The notes under the pieces: model-generated
Told to the model about the DNA's origin: nothing
Database searches by the model: none
The model's input: only the letters and a program-made list of their open reading frames with translations
Made by a program: the position numbers and the translations under genes
NCBI GenBank assembly: GCA_964618315.1
Contig: CAZTWQ010000004.1
Location: 15,866 to 79,865, forward strand
Length of the DNA stretch: 64,000 nucleotides
Direction of reading: 5' to 3'
From: an uncultured Methanosarcinales archaeon
GTDB lineage: Archaea; Nanobdellota; Nanobdellia; Woesearchaeales; JACPBV01
In this document: positions 56,401 to 64,000 of the stretch, in pieces
Position numbering within the stretch: position 1 is the first letter of the stretch
How the letters are laid out: the number at the start of each line of letters is the position of its first letter

Positions 56401-56966
56401 TAGAGATATTTGATTCTGTAGAAAAAGAATACCATAATCTACTGGAAAAGAAAGATGTTTTAATAACTGAAAAAGAAGACGTAGTTAGTATGATGGGCGA
56501 GATAGAAGAAAAGAAAAAAGACCTGTTCATGAAACATTATACAGTTATAAACGAGAACTTCAAGAGCATATTCTCTCAGCTTACTACTAAAGGAGAAGCA
56601 ACATTAGAGCTTGAAAACAAGCAGAATCCATTTGAAGGTGGTTTAGGCGTTAAAGTAAGATTAACAGGACAAAAATTCCTGGATATCCGTTCATTATCTG
56701 GCGGAGAAAAGACATTAACAGCATTAGCTTTTATCTTTGCCATACAAGACCACGAACCAGCATCTTTCTATATATTGGATGAAGTAGATGCGGCATTAGA
56801 CAAAAGAAATTCAGAAAAACTCTCACAGCTTGTAGCAAAATACGCAGAAAAAGCACAATACATAATAATTTCCCACAATGATGGGATCATTTCTAATGCA
56901 TCTAATCTATATGGTGTATCTATGAACGAACATGGTATTTCTAAGGTTGTCAGTTTAAAGGTTTAA
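53496..56966 (+). CDS. smc: Chromosome segregation protein SMC
   Basis: Walker A GPNGSGKSN, long coiled coils, hinge, signature LSGGEKTLTALAF and Walker B FYILDEVDAALD. Confidence 0.95.
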   Translation: MVMRGFKSFAQHTEMNFGSDYNCVLGPNGSGKSNVLDALCFVLGKSSAKSMRAEKSSNLIYNGGKAKKPAKEGEVSIYFDNAEKKFPTDDPEVKLTRIVRQNGQSIYKINDKTRTRQEILDLLGLAKIDPDGYNIILQGDITKFVEMPTSERRMLIEEISGISLYEEKKQKALSQLEKVGERLKEAEIVLAERKTYLKELKKDHDQAQKFKDMENKISQNKASLLKIQIDKKEKEKTNLQSTLEETKKELDRVNEKINQLKQINLEKKQEIENTSKEIEEKGEVEQVSLNKEIETLKIDLTKKNSRVETLTDEITKIEKRNQDLNNSLKETDKKIIELKEEKQDLEKRKQEIETQKNELTEKISIFRGKNKLEELAGVEKKIEDIDKLAEELQKETHTLREKQHDLIRKKDLLEHQINTIDDQIKKVDEIEKEHKQEIDSLKEKREKFKKSTLELNKSLNEDSSLAVQIDAKRKKLQDAREELAKLQVRQTTIRETTKSDLAIKKILEKKAPGVYGSVSDLGNVNSKYSLALEIAAGPRLKSIIVEDEKIASEQIKYLKQNRLGIATFIPLSKIKARPIDAETKKLAKSNGCQGLALDLIDFDPKFKKAFEYVFSGTLVVDNIDVTRRLGIGKARMVTLDGDLAEFSGLMHGGYRKKRAGMGFNEKELTQDVDKYEKQAAEIENTIQVLETRRSENEEKITQLRETKAILEADAIKIEKTLHLEPTDLEITKNQKEKLSEESEKIQKDIDEVINNISDKNKGLAQNRIEKQTLKNQISSLRDPALLAELATFEEKRNEINEEVAKLGGELNNIDVQINTIYLKEQEKTNQILKQIAKEKDEFKTEIEYLGKEANEKQEELKKKETLAKEFHSKFRALFEKRSQIDSEISKNEATISNRLDESRKVEIKQNTLTLKHAEVASEVAGLQQEFQQYEGVQILPNRTEEQLKYEISKFEKLKSEIGSVNMRALEIFDSVEKEYHNLLEKKDVLITEKEDVVSMMGEIEEKKKDLFMKHYTVINENFKSIFSQLTTKGEATLELENKQNPFEGGLGVKVRLTGQKFLDIRSLSGGEKTLTALAFIFAIQDHEPASFYILDEVDAALDKRNSEKLSQLVAKYAEKAQYIIISHNDGIISNASNLYGVSMNEHGISKVVSLKV

Positions 56967-56977
56967 AAGAAAATAAA

Positions 56978-57091
56978 TGCGTCGGCCGGGATTCGAACCC
57001 GGATAGCCGGCTTGCTTCTAAAAGCGAAGCTTTTTGAAGAGCTTGCTTCTGAAATGGAAGGCCGAAGTCATAGCCATTAGACCACCAACGC
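56978..57091 (-). tRNA. tRNA-Gly (anticodon TCC) with ~42-nt intron at 37/38
   Basis: Acceptor GCGTTGG/CCGACGC. Anticodon arm TCGGC-CTTCCA[intron]A-GCCGG. T arm CCGGG-TTCGAAT-CCCGG. Confidence 0.85.
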
Positions 57092-57135
57092 ATTATAATA
57101 ATACTTAAGAATCAACCAACCATATTTAAAATTAT

Positions 57136-58167
57136 CTAAATCTGCTCCCGAATACTCTCAATAAATCTCTTAAAATCATCTTTCTTAACATTTGCCCCGC
57201 AAGCGCATTCATGCCCTCCGCCATAACCCTCAACTCCAATTAAGGCCTTTTTTAGTATATCCCTTACAGGTTTATAATATCTTAAACTCATCTTTACCTC
57301 ATTTTGTTTATCTCTGCCTACAATAATCAATTTTTTTGGATATCTATGCAGTAATTCATTAGACAAATCACTGCTAAAACTCATCTTATTCTCATTATAG
57401 ATATACAAAAGGAGTTCATCATCATCTTTTGCGCATTTCTTTCCTGCTTCTATAAGTTCTGTATATCCTTCATTTATCTTTAAGAATTTTCTATAGACAA
57501 ACTTGCCCTGGGATGATTTTTGTTTTAATATCTCATCAGGTTCTTTTACCCTTGTCAAGACCTTAAAGCATTTCTTTACATCGCTCGTTTTTCCTTTAAG
57601 GACAAAAGAAAAAATCCTTACCAGATAACCGAGTTTAGTCTCAAATAATATATCGCCAGGATCTTTAGAATCCATTTCGACCATGCCAGGGTATTCTTTC
57701 TTAAACTCATCCATAAAATCAGGAATATACCAATCACCTATGCAACCAACAGCAGCAATCCATATATTCTCTTGCACAACCTGGTGGCACATATACGTTA
57801 CCGGAGTTCCATCATCTTTATTTTTAATCCTGGGATTAAATATCTTAGTATTTGTAAGTTCTAGTGGTTGATGATGATCAATCCATATGACAGGAACATT
57901 GATAGAATCAACAAATTCCTGATCAACTACTGCTATATCAAGGATAAATACCTTATCAGCATTATACTCAGCTACTTTTGAGACAAACTGCCCATCTACA
58001 GTAGGCGTAGCCCTCTTTACAATAACACCATGACCATCCCCCTTATATTTATATAACAATAAAAAAGAGCACAACCCATCAGGATCATCATGGAAAAAGA
58101 ACAAAGGATTCTTACAATTATCAAGTTCGTCTCTTATCTTATCTACTTGTTCTTTTGTTAGAGGCAT
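57136..58167 (-). CDS. DHH-family phosphoesterase (RecJ/Cdc45/NrnA-like)
   Basis: FFFHDDPDG, VIWIDHH and the DHHA1 GGGH (YGGGHECACGA). Confidence 0.75.
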   Translation of the reverse strand: MPLTKEQVDKIRDELDNCKNPLFFFHDDPDGLCSFLLLYKYKGDGHGVIVKRATPTVDGQFVSKVAEYNADKVFILDIAVVDQEFVDSINVPVIWIDHHQPLELTNTKIFNPRIKNKDDGTPVTYMCHQVVQENIWIAAVGCIGDWYIPDFMDEFKKEYPGMVEMDSKDPGDILFETKLGYLVRIFSFVLKGKTSDVKKCFKVLTRVKEPDEILKQKSSQGKFVYRKFLKINEGYTELIEAGKKCAKDDDELLLYIYNENKMSFSSDLSNELLHRYPKKLIIVGRDKQNEVKMSLRYYKPVRDILKKALIGVEGYGGGHECACGANVKKDDFKRFIESIREQI

Positions 58168-58263
58168 GTTATTCCAGTTACCCCCCTATTAATAAATCTT
58201 TGTATTGACCTTACTATCACTCACATCAAAAACTATTTAACTAAATATACCTTACCTATCCTT

Positions 58264-59496
58264 ATGAATATTCCCTGCATTAAATGCAAAGGTAGAAACC
58301 CTGCTAATTGCGGAAGAACCTTCTGCCCAATAACTGCTAAAGCAAATAGCAGAGTAAGGATCGAAAAACAAGACATTAAAGAAGATTTTAATGGATCTGC
58401 CCCTTCCCCTTTTGTAGGCAGACACGGCTATCCTTTTGTTAATGTCGGCATTCTTTCTCTCCCTCAACAAAGGGATGACGCTTGGGAATTCGACTCCCCT
58501 AGACATTGGGCGCAAAATAATCTTGGATTTAAAAAGATTGTAGATTACAGGAGCTCATTGATAAATTCCAGATTTAAAGCCAATGTCAAACAACAAAACA
58601 AGATGCTTGATATCTCCCAGGAAGTTGGGATGGCGAGCAGTCCAGTAGATGTTGAATTCAATCTAGAAAGCAAACCCCAATTTAAGTTAAACACAGACAG
58701 TTTTCTAGCACCAACAGGACCAAATGCAAAGCTAAAAAAAGCCCAGATCACATCTAACCCTAAAATTGATCAGAAGGTAGACAAAGTAGTCTCAGATACA
58801 GACCTAAGATCAACACAGGCCTTAAACTATCTATACAACAAAGGCTTTGATGAAAACTTCTTAAGCAAATTACTTTCTGTCGGCACATTAGGCATAAAAA
58901 ACAACAGAAGATTAGTTCCTACAAGATGGAGTATAACAGCAACAGATGACACCTTAGGTAAAAAAAGAATACAAGAAGTAAAAGAATTCTCAGAAAGCAA
59001 TTATCAAGCCTATTTTGGCGGTTATTTAGGAAATTATTTCCTAATACTTCTCCTATCAGATGTTTGGAGCTATGAACTATTCGAAACATACATGCCTGGC
59101 GCAGAATTCAACATCTCTGATAAAATCCAATACACAACAGACCATGAACTATATGCAGGAAGAAAAACATATGCCCATAATTGTGCAGGTGGTTATTATG
59201 CTTCGAGATTACCTGTATTGGATAAATTAAGGCAGATGAAAAGGCAAAGCACAGTTCTTGTATTAAGATTTATCACAGGAGAATATGCAATACCCCTCGG
59301 GGTCTGGTGCGTAAGAGAAGCTACTCGTAAAGCCTTAAACAATAAACCAATAGAATTTTCAAGCAAAGAATTAATGCTAACTTATGTTAAACATTTAGTT
59401 AAGAAAAAGTTCAACTACAACGTAGAAAACTTATTAAAAGAAAGCGTCTTACTAAGAAACCTAAAGACCCAAAGCAAATTATCTCAATTCACCTAA
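58264..59496 (+). CDS. nreA: Nre-family DNA repair protein (NreA-like, DUF650/651 type)
   Basis: N-terminal Cys cluster CIKCKG..CGRTFCP and FVGRHGYPFVNVG. C-terminal PIP-box-like QSKLSQFT. Confidence 0.65.
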   Translation: MNIPCIKCKGRNPANCGRTFCPITAKANSRVRIEKQDIKEDFNGSAPSPFVGRHGYPFVNVGILSLPQQRDDAWEFDSPRHWAQNNLGFKKIVDYRSSLINSRFKANVKQQNKMLDISQEVGMASSPVDVEFNLESKPQFKLNTDSFLAPTGPNAKLKKAQITSNPKIDQKVDKVVSDTDLRSTQALNYLYNKGFDENFLSKLLSVGTLGIKNNRRLVPTRWSITATDDTLGKKRIQEVKEFSESNYQAYFGGYLGNYFLILLLSDVWSYELFETYMPGAEFNISDKIQYTTDHELYAGRKTYAHNCAGGYYASRLPVLDKLRQMKRQSTVLVLRFITGEYAIPLGVWCVREATRKALNNKPIEFSSKELMLTYVKHLVKKKFNYNVENLLKESVLLRNLKTQSKLSQFT

Positions 59497-59498
59497 AA

Positions 59499-60251
59499 AT
59501 GGAATTCAAAACAACTCTAATCAGCTTACAAAACGCAATTTCTTCAGCTATTAAGAATAATGTTAATCTAAATCAAGAACCAGACAAGGAAAAAGCAATC
59601 TACGACTATAAAACAAAACAAGTAATCTATTATTACGATAGCTTAAAAACAAAATTAAAGCTGGTAAAATCAAATTCATTAGAACTTCTACAGCTAAATA
59701 AACAAGACATCAAAAACCAACCAATCATTAACCAAATACTTGAATTAATCCCAGAACTAGACTCCAAAGACCTAGCTAAACTTGACAAAACTACTAAACA
59801 AATAACAACCCTAACAAACCAACTAATCTTTCCAAAAATAGAACCAGAAGACCAATTTCAAACTCCAAATAACATCCCTGAAGAGATAAAATCAGATGTA
59901 AAAGCAGATGTAGAAGAACTATCTAAATGCTTTAACAGTGAGTGTTATAGGAGCGCCACAATCCTATGCGGCAGATTACTAGAAACAGCATTGCATCGAA
60001 AATACTATGAAACAACAAACAACGATTTACTAGAAAAAAGCCCAGGTATTGGCTTAGGCAATATAATATCAAAACTAAAAGATAAACAAGTAAGCATAGA
60101 CCCAACTTTAACAAATCAGATACACCTTATAAATCAGGTAAGGATATTCTCAGTTCATAAGAAAAAAGAAGCATTCTACCCAACAAAACAACAAGCACAA
60201 GCAACAATCCTTTATACATTGGATATCTTGGAAAGATTATTCAATCAGTAG
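59499..60251 (+). CDS. DUF4145/HEPN-like domain protein
   Basis: The C-terminal half has CYRSATILCGRLLETALHRKYYE (R-x6-H) and VRIFSVHKK (R-x4-H). It starts 2 nt after the nreA stop. Confidence 0.5.
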   Translation: MEFKTTLISLQNAISSAIKNNVNLNQEPDKEKAIYDYKTKQVIYYYDSLKTKLKLVKSNSLELLQLNKQDIKNQPIINQILELIPELDSKDLAKLDKTTKQITTLTNQLIFPKIEPEDQFQTPNNIPEEIKSDVKADVEELSKCFNSECYRSATILCGRLLETALHRKYYETTNNDLLEKSPGIGLGNIISKLKDKQVSIDPTLTNQIHLINQVRIFSVHKKKEAFYPTKQQAQATILYTLDILERLFNQ

Positions 60252-60276
60252 ATATAGATAGTCATTAATCTTAAAA

Positions 60277-61176
60277 CTAAATCTTATCATAAACCTTCTT
60301 AAGATCATCAACATCCTTAGCACCATTCATCTCAAGCCTTAACTCTCCGCCGCCCGCCATACCTTTTGTGAACCATTGTGCATGTTTTTTTATCTCATCA
60401 AAATTAACTTTATATTTCTTTGAATATTTCAGGTATTGCAAAAACAATTTCTTTCTGGAAACTTCTTTATTCTTCTTTCCCTTAAGATAATATTTTATCT
60501 CATCAAACACAGCAGGATTCCCAATAACCCCCCTCCCCACCATTATAGAATCACATCCAGTACTATCAAACATCAAAGAAGCACTTTTCCCATCAACTAC
60601 ATCCCCATTGCCTATTACAGGAACATTAACAGCATCTTTAACTTTCTTGATAATGGAATAATCCACCGGATGCATATAATTAACAGTCCTGGCACGACCA
60701 TGGACAGCTATAGCACTTACACCTTCTTTTTCACATATCTTAGCAATCTTAACAGCGTTTATATGTTCTCTATCATAACCAGCTCTTATCTTTACAGTGA
60801 TTGGAATCTTACTTTTCTTAACTAATTTTTTAACAATCTTCTCAATCTTTTTTGGATACCTCATGATCTCAGCACCACACTTCCTTTTACAAACACTAGA
60901 ATCAGGACACCCCATATTAACATCAAAAGCCTGGACCTTATCTTGAACCTCATTTAAACATTCAGCAAAAACATCAGCATCATTCCCCAAAAACTGGGCA
61001 ACAACATTCTTCTCATCATAAAAATCAGCCAATCTATGATTACCTCGAACAAAACCCTCAGAATCAATCATCTGCGAATAGACGATATCAGCACCATGAT
61101 CACTGCATAGCTTCCTGAATGATATATTGGTGATAGCTACCATTGGTGCCAGTATTATCTTGTTTTTGAAGTTCAT
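60277..61176 (-). CDS. dus: tRNA-dihydrouridine synthase
   Basis: ILAPMVAITN, VNMGCP and VKIRAG, of the TIM-barrel Dus family. Confidence 0.85.
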   Translation of the reverse strand: MNFKNKIILAPMVAITNISFRKLCSDHGADIVYSQMIDSEGFVRGNHRLADFYDEKNVVAQFLGNDADVFAECLNEVQDKVQAFDVNMGCPDSSVCKRKCGAEIMRYPKKIEKIVKKLVKKSKIPITVKIRAGYDREHINAVKIAKICEKEGVSAIAVHGRARTVNYMHPVDYSIIKKVKDAVNVPVIGNGDVVDGKSASLMFDSTGCDSIMVGRGVIGNPAVFDEIKYYLKGKKNKEVSRKKLFLQYLKYSKKYKVNFDEIKKHAQWFTKGMAGGGELRLEMNGAKDVDDLKKVYDKI

Positions 61177-61218
61177 ATATAGAAATAATCATTGATTATT
61201 TTTAAAATCTATGGAAAT

Positions 61219-63237
61219 CTAATCAACATCTCTTCTTTGAAAAACAGTTCCATCAGGACCTTTACGATGTTCTTGTAAAAGAACACCAAATGGGGTAGTA
61301 TCTTCTTTAGGTATATCTCTTCGATCCCTAGTTGAAACTACAGGTCCCCTATCAGAGATTCTTACTGTTTGTACTTCATTTTCATGTTCTTCATCAGGAG
61401 TTCTATAATTCCATTCATTACCTAATCCCTGGATTGGTGTGCCATTAGGATCAAGAACCAGATACGAACCACGACTTCCAACTCCATTTCCAATAGATTG
61501 TTGTATAGCAGCAAGTCTAGCTACACTTTCAACAGCCATATTATAGGTTGCAAATGCCAATGGTAAATCTTTTCTTCTATTTATACCCCTATTCCCCCTA
61601 TTTAGCATATCACTTTGAGACTGAGCTAATGCAGATGATACACTACCCGCCCCCCTAACAAAACCAGCTGCTTCTGACATACGTGCTCTAATCCCCATTA
61701 ATACATCTCCAGCTTGAGATCCATCATTCTCTAAAAATCCAGTACATAATTGATATACCCTATTAACTTCTCCTAAAGCCTTACCTTCAAAATCATGATA
61801 ATCCACTGTTGGTTTATTATAAACATTTCCTATCCATTCAGCAGCCCTTATTCCACCAACTTGCCCGGCAAGAAGTGCAGTCCCACCTGGTCTTCTAATC
61901 CCATTTGTAGCAGCACATTCACCTACTGCAAAAAGATGATCTAGTGAAGTTTCCCACCATTCATTGATAGCAAGACCACCATTGCTATGTTGGATTCCAA
62001 CAGCAACTTCAATTGGAGTATTACTTATATCAATGCCTAATTTTCTAAATGGCAATTCAGCTTGAGGATTTAATGCCATCAATCTTTCATAAGGTGTACC
62101 TCGTAAAGCGTTACCTTCATTTAAAAATTGATAAGGTGTTCTATCAAATTCAGGCATTACTACACTCAAATCATCTAAACAAAATTGCCCTTCACCTTTA
62201 GGATTTTTAGAAAAATCCCAAAAAACTTTCCTACCTAATATTATTGTTTGAATATATGTTAAAACATCTATCCTTGATGAACTATCTCTTCCATTTATTT
62301 TTGTTGCAGCAAATGGCCACTGATTACCTTTCATAAATGTATTTAATGCAATATCTTGAGTTGTTGCGAATGCGTCATCTAAAAAATTATATCTAGTTCC
62401 CTCTGAATCAACACTATACATACTTGGAATTGCCCGCCCATAACTGCCTGATAAAGCCAATGGTGGATTCATAGGACTTATTCCAAATTGACCTTCAGGT
62501 AAATTTGCTGCAAGACCGCCTTTATCTAAGGCCATACCTATAGAACCAATAACTCCTTTGGGATATACAGAATGTTCATAAAGACCTGCTGGTCCACCAA
62601 CACCCAAAACAACATTTTCTCCTTTAAAGACACACAATCCCAGATTATCAGATTCAACTTGACTTTTATCAATAGCAACAACACCATATACTCTTTCATT
62701 ATCAGCAATAATGCTTATTACTTCATATTTATCAAATACTTCTATCTTATCATCATATCTTCTAACTTGATCTTCCAAACATTCAACCATACTTCTTGAA
62801 GTAAATGGACCAGCAGACGTCCCCCCCTTTTCTTCCCTGAAATCTGTTTGAAATCCTAATGCAGTGCCATGCCTTGTTTTTGGGAACTTTACACCAATTC
62901 CCATAAGTTCGTTAAAAGCTTGTGCAGCAGTATCGCCTTGAGCTAAAGCAACATCTCCATCTAAACACCCCCCCTGGTACAATACTTCTGCTAGACTATA
63001 ACCTGAATCAGGGGTTCTTCCAGAAACACCAGTAGTATGGAATGTCATCCTATCAGAACTAGTCCAGTATGATGTGCTATTATGCATATTTGAAGTAACA
63101 AGTGCTATATCATCTATTCCTTCTATAGCAAGCTTATGTGCACATTTAAGTGCAGCTGCACCAGAACCTACAACTATTGTATTCCCTTCATAAACAGGAA
63201 CTTCTAATCCGTCTAGTTTAAGTGTGTGTTTTATCAT
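61219..63237 (-). CDS. FAD-dependent oxidoreductase (fumarate reductase / succinate dehydrogenase flavoprotein-like fold)
   Basis: N-terminal VVGSGAAALKCA dinucleotide fold and C-terminal GECAATNGIRRPGGTALLAGQVGG. No adjacent Fe-S or membrane subunit. Confidence 0.65.
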   Translation of the reverse strand: MIKHTLKLDGLEVPVYEGNTIVVGSGAAALKCAHKLAIEGIDDIALVTSNMHNSTSYWTSSDRMTFHTTGVSGRTPDSGYSLAEVLYQGGCLDGDVALAQGDTAAQAFNELMGIGVKFPKTRHGTALGFQTDFREEKGGTSAGPFTSRSMVECLEDQVRRYDDKIEVFDKYEVISIIADNERVYGVVAIDKSQVESDNLGLCVFKGENVVLGVGGPAGLYEHSVYPKGVIGSIGMALDKGGLAANLPEGQFGISPMNPPLALSGSYGRAIPSMYSVDSEGTRYNFLDDAFATTQDIALNTFMKGNQWPFAATKINGRDSSSRIDVLTYIQTIILGRKVFWDFSKNPKGEGQFCLDDLSVVMPEFDRTPYQFLNEGNALRGTPYERLMALNPQAELPFRKLGIDISNTPIEVAVGIQHSNGGLAINEWWETSLDHLFAVGECAATNGIRRPGGTALLAGQVGGIRAAEWIGNVYNKPTVDYHDFEGKALGEVNRVYQLCTGFLENDGSQAGDVLMGIRARMSEAAGFVRGAGSVSSALAQSQSDMLNRGNRGINRRKDLPLAFATYNMAVESVARLAAIQQSIGNGVGSRGSYLVLDPNGTPIQGLGNEWNYRTPDEEHENEVQTVRISDRGPVVSTRDRRDIPKEDTTPFGVLLQEHRKGPDGTVFQRRDVD

Positions 63238-63359
63238 CTATACCAATCAACTACTATTTGAAATTAATCATAGTTTAAAAACTTTACTATTAACAAGTAA
63301 GTAAAAAATACAAAAGTTTAAAAAACAACACCATTCTCTATAATCTCAAGTGAGGCAAT

Positions 63360-64000
63360 ATGGGTATAGAACAATTACAACCACTAGTTACAAACAATCT
63401 CTTAGTATTTCGTAAACCTTACTTAGAAGGGCTTGAATCATTTAGATATACCGGAGAAAATCCGATTACAGGATCTATTGATGAAATGAGATTTAGAGCA
63501 GCAGATTTTTCAGATCTTCAAGGTTATAGATTTGGTGGAATTGTAGGTGGCGCTCAACCATCTGATTATGCAGCAAGTGTTCCTCTTTGGAATGATTATT
63601 TCTTTAGTAAATGGGTTCAAGCAAGTGATGGAATTCCAGCATTATATTTTGGATTTGATGTAGCCCCAAATAGAGATGCCGATGGAAGACCTTGTGAAGA
63701 ACAAACAAACTTAGTTAATTTTCTTGAAGCTGCTCTTGGACAAGGAGAGATCTTTGATCTTACTATCACAGATCCATTCAAATATGCTACATTCCAATAT
63801 CTTGATTCAATAGGTGCCACAATACAATATAGTGCAAGAAGGATGCAAGCTGTAAATCATGTTTTAAAAGCACCTGAGGGCTATGTATATGGATATAATA
63901 GTGATGGTCAGGGTATGTTTTTAGCCCTAGAACAAAGAAAAAGAGGTCATGACTTAGATATGGTAGCAGACCCAAATATTCTAGTGATTGGAGCCGGTGG
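63360..64000 (+). CDS. Divergent shikimate/quinate dehydrogenase-like protein (partial, runs off the window)
   Basis: Hand-translated from the ATG at 63360. TITDPFKYATFQYLD, AVNHVL....GYNSDGQG and ILVIGAGG parallel the AroE motifs NVT.P.K, NT, NTDG and GAGG. Confidence 0.5.
   Translation, partial: MGIEQLQPLVTNNLLVFRKPYLEGLESFRYTGENPITGSIDEMRFRAADFSDLQGYRFGGIVGGAQPSDYAASVPLWNDYFFSKWVQASDGIPALYFGFDVAPNRDADGRPCEEQTNLVNFLEAALGQGEIFDLTITDPFKYATFQYLDSIGATIQYSARRMQAVNHVLKAPEGYVYGYNSDGQGMFLALEQRKRGHDLDMVADPNILVIGAG

Overview
AT-rich, gene-dense chromosomal segment that reads as a small-genome, probably DPANN-like archaeon. Archaeal hallmarks are the long archaeal/eukaryal form of ribosomal protein uS15, diphthine synthase, a Lig1-type ATP-dependent DNA ligase, a Hel308 fragment, NreA, RNase HII, SMC, FtsZ, translin and a COG1855-type PIN-ATPase-KH protein. 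There are six tRNAs, four with introns, including an A1-U72 initiator-like tRNA-Met. Interleaved with these are bacterial-type modules. They are a complete six-gene MEP isoprenoid cluster (dxs-ispG-dxr-ispDF-ispE-ispH), a PlsC acyltransferase with a CDP-alcohol phosphatidyltransferase and a DedA protein, and a long bacterial-type AspRS. They also include a bacterial-type queuine tRNA-guanine transglycosylase next to a YhhQ-type transporter, and an HPF-like protein. Accessory content includes a HEPN/MNT pair, three tandem paralogous Ig-like-repeat surface proteins, an M64-like metallopeptidase, two transglutaminase-like proteins and small Cys-rich lipoproteins. It also includes a LAGLIDADG cassette bracketed by duplicated tRNA 3' ends, a three-paralog membrane-protein cluster with coiled-coil partners, and several Arg-rich orphan proteins. 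Non-coding signals are two homologous ~130-nt structured intergenic elements, a ~217-nt highly structured intergenic RNA candidate, a palindromic motif shared upstream of smc and translin, and paired hairpins flanking ftsZ. I saw no rRNA, CRISPR array, integrase or transposase. All calls come from motif recognition by eye. No database search was run.
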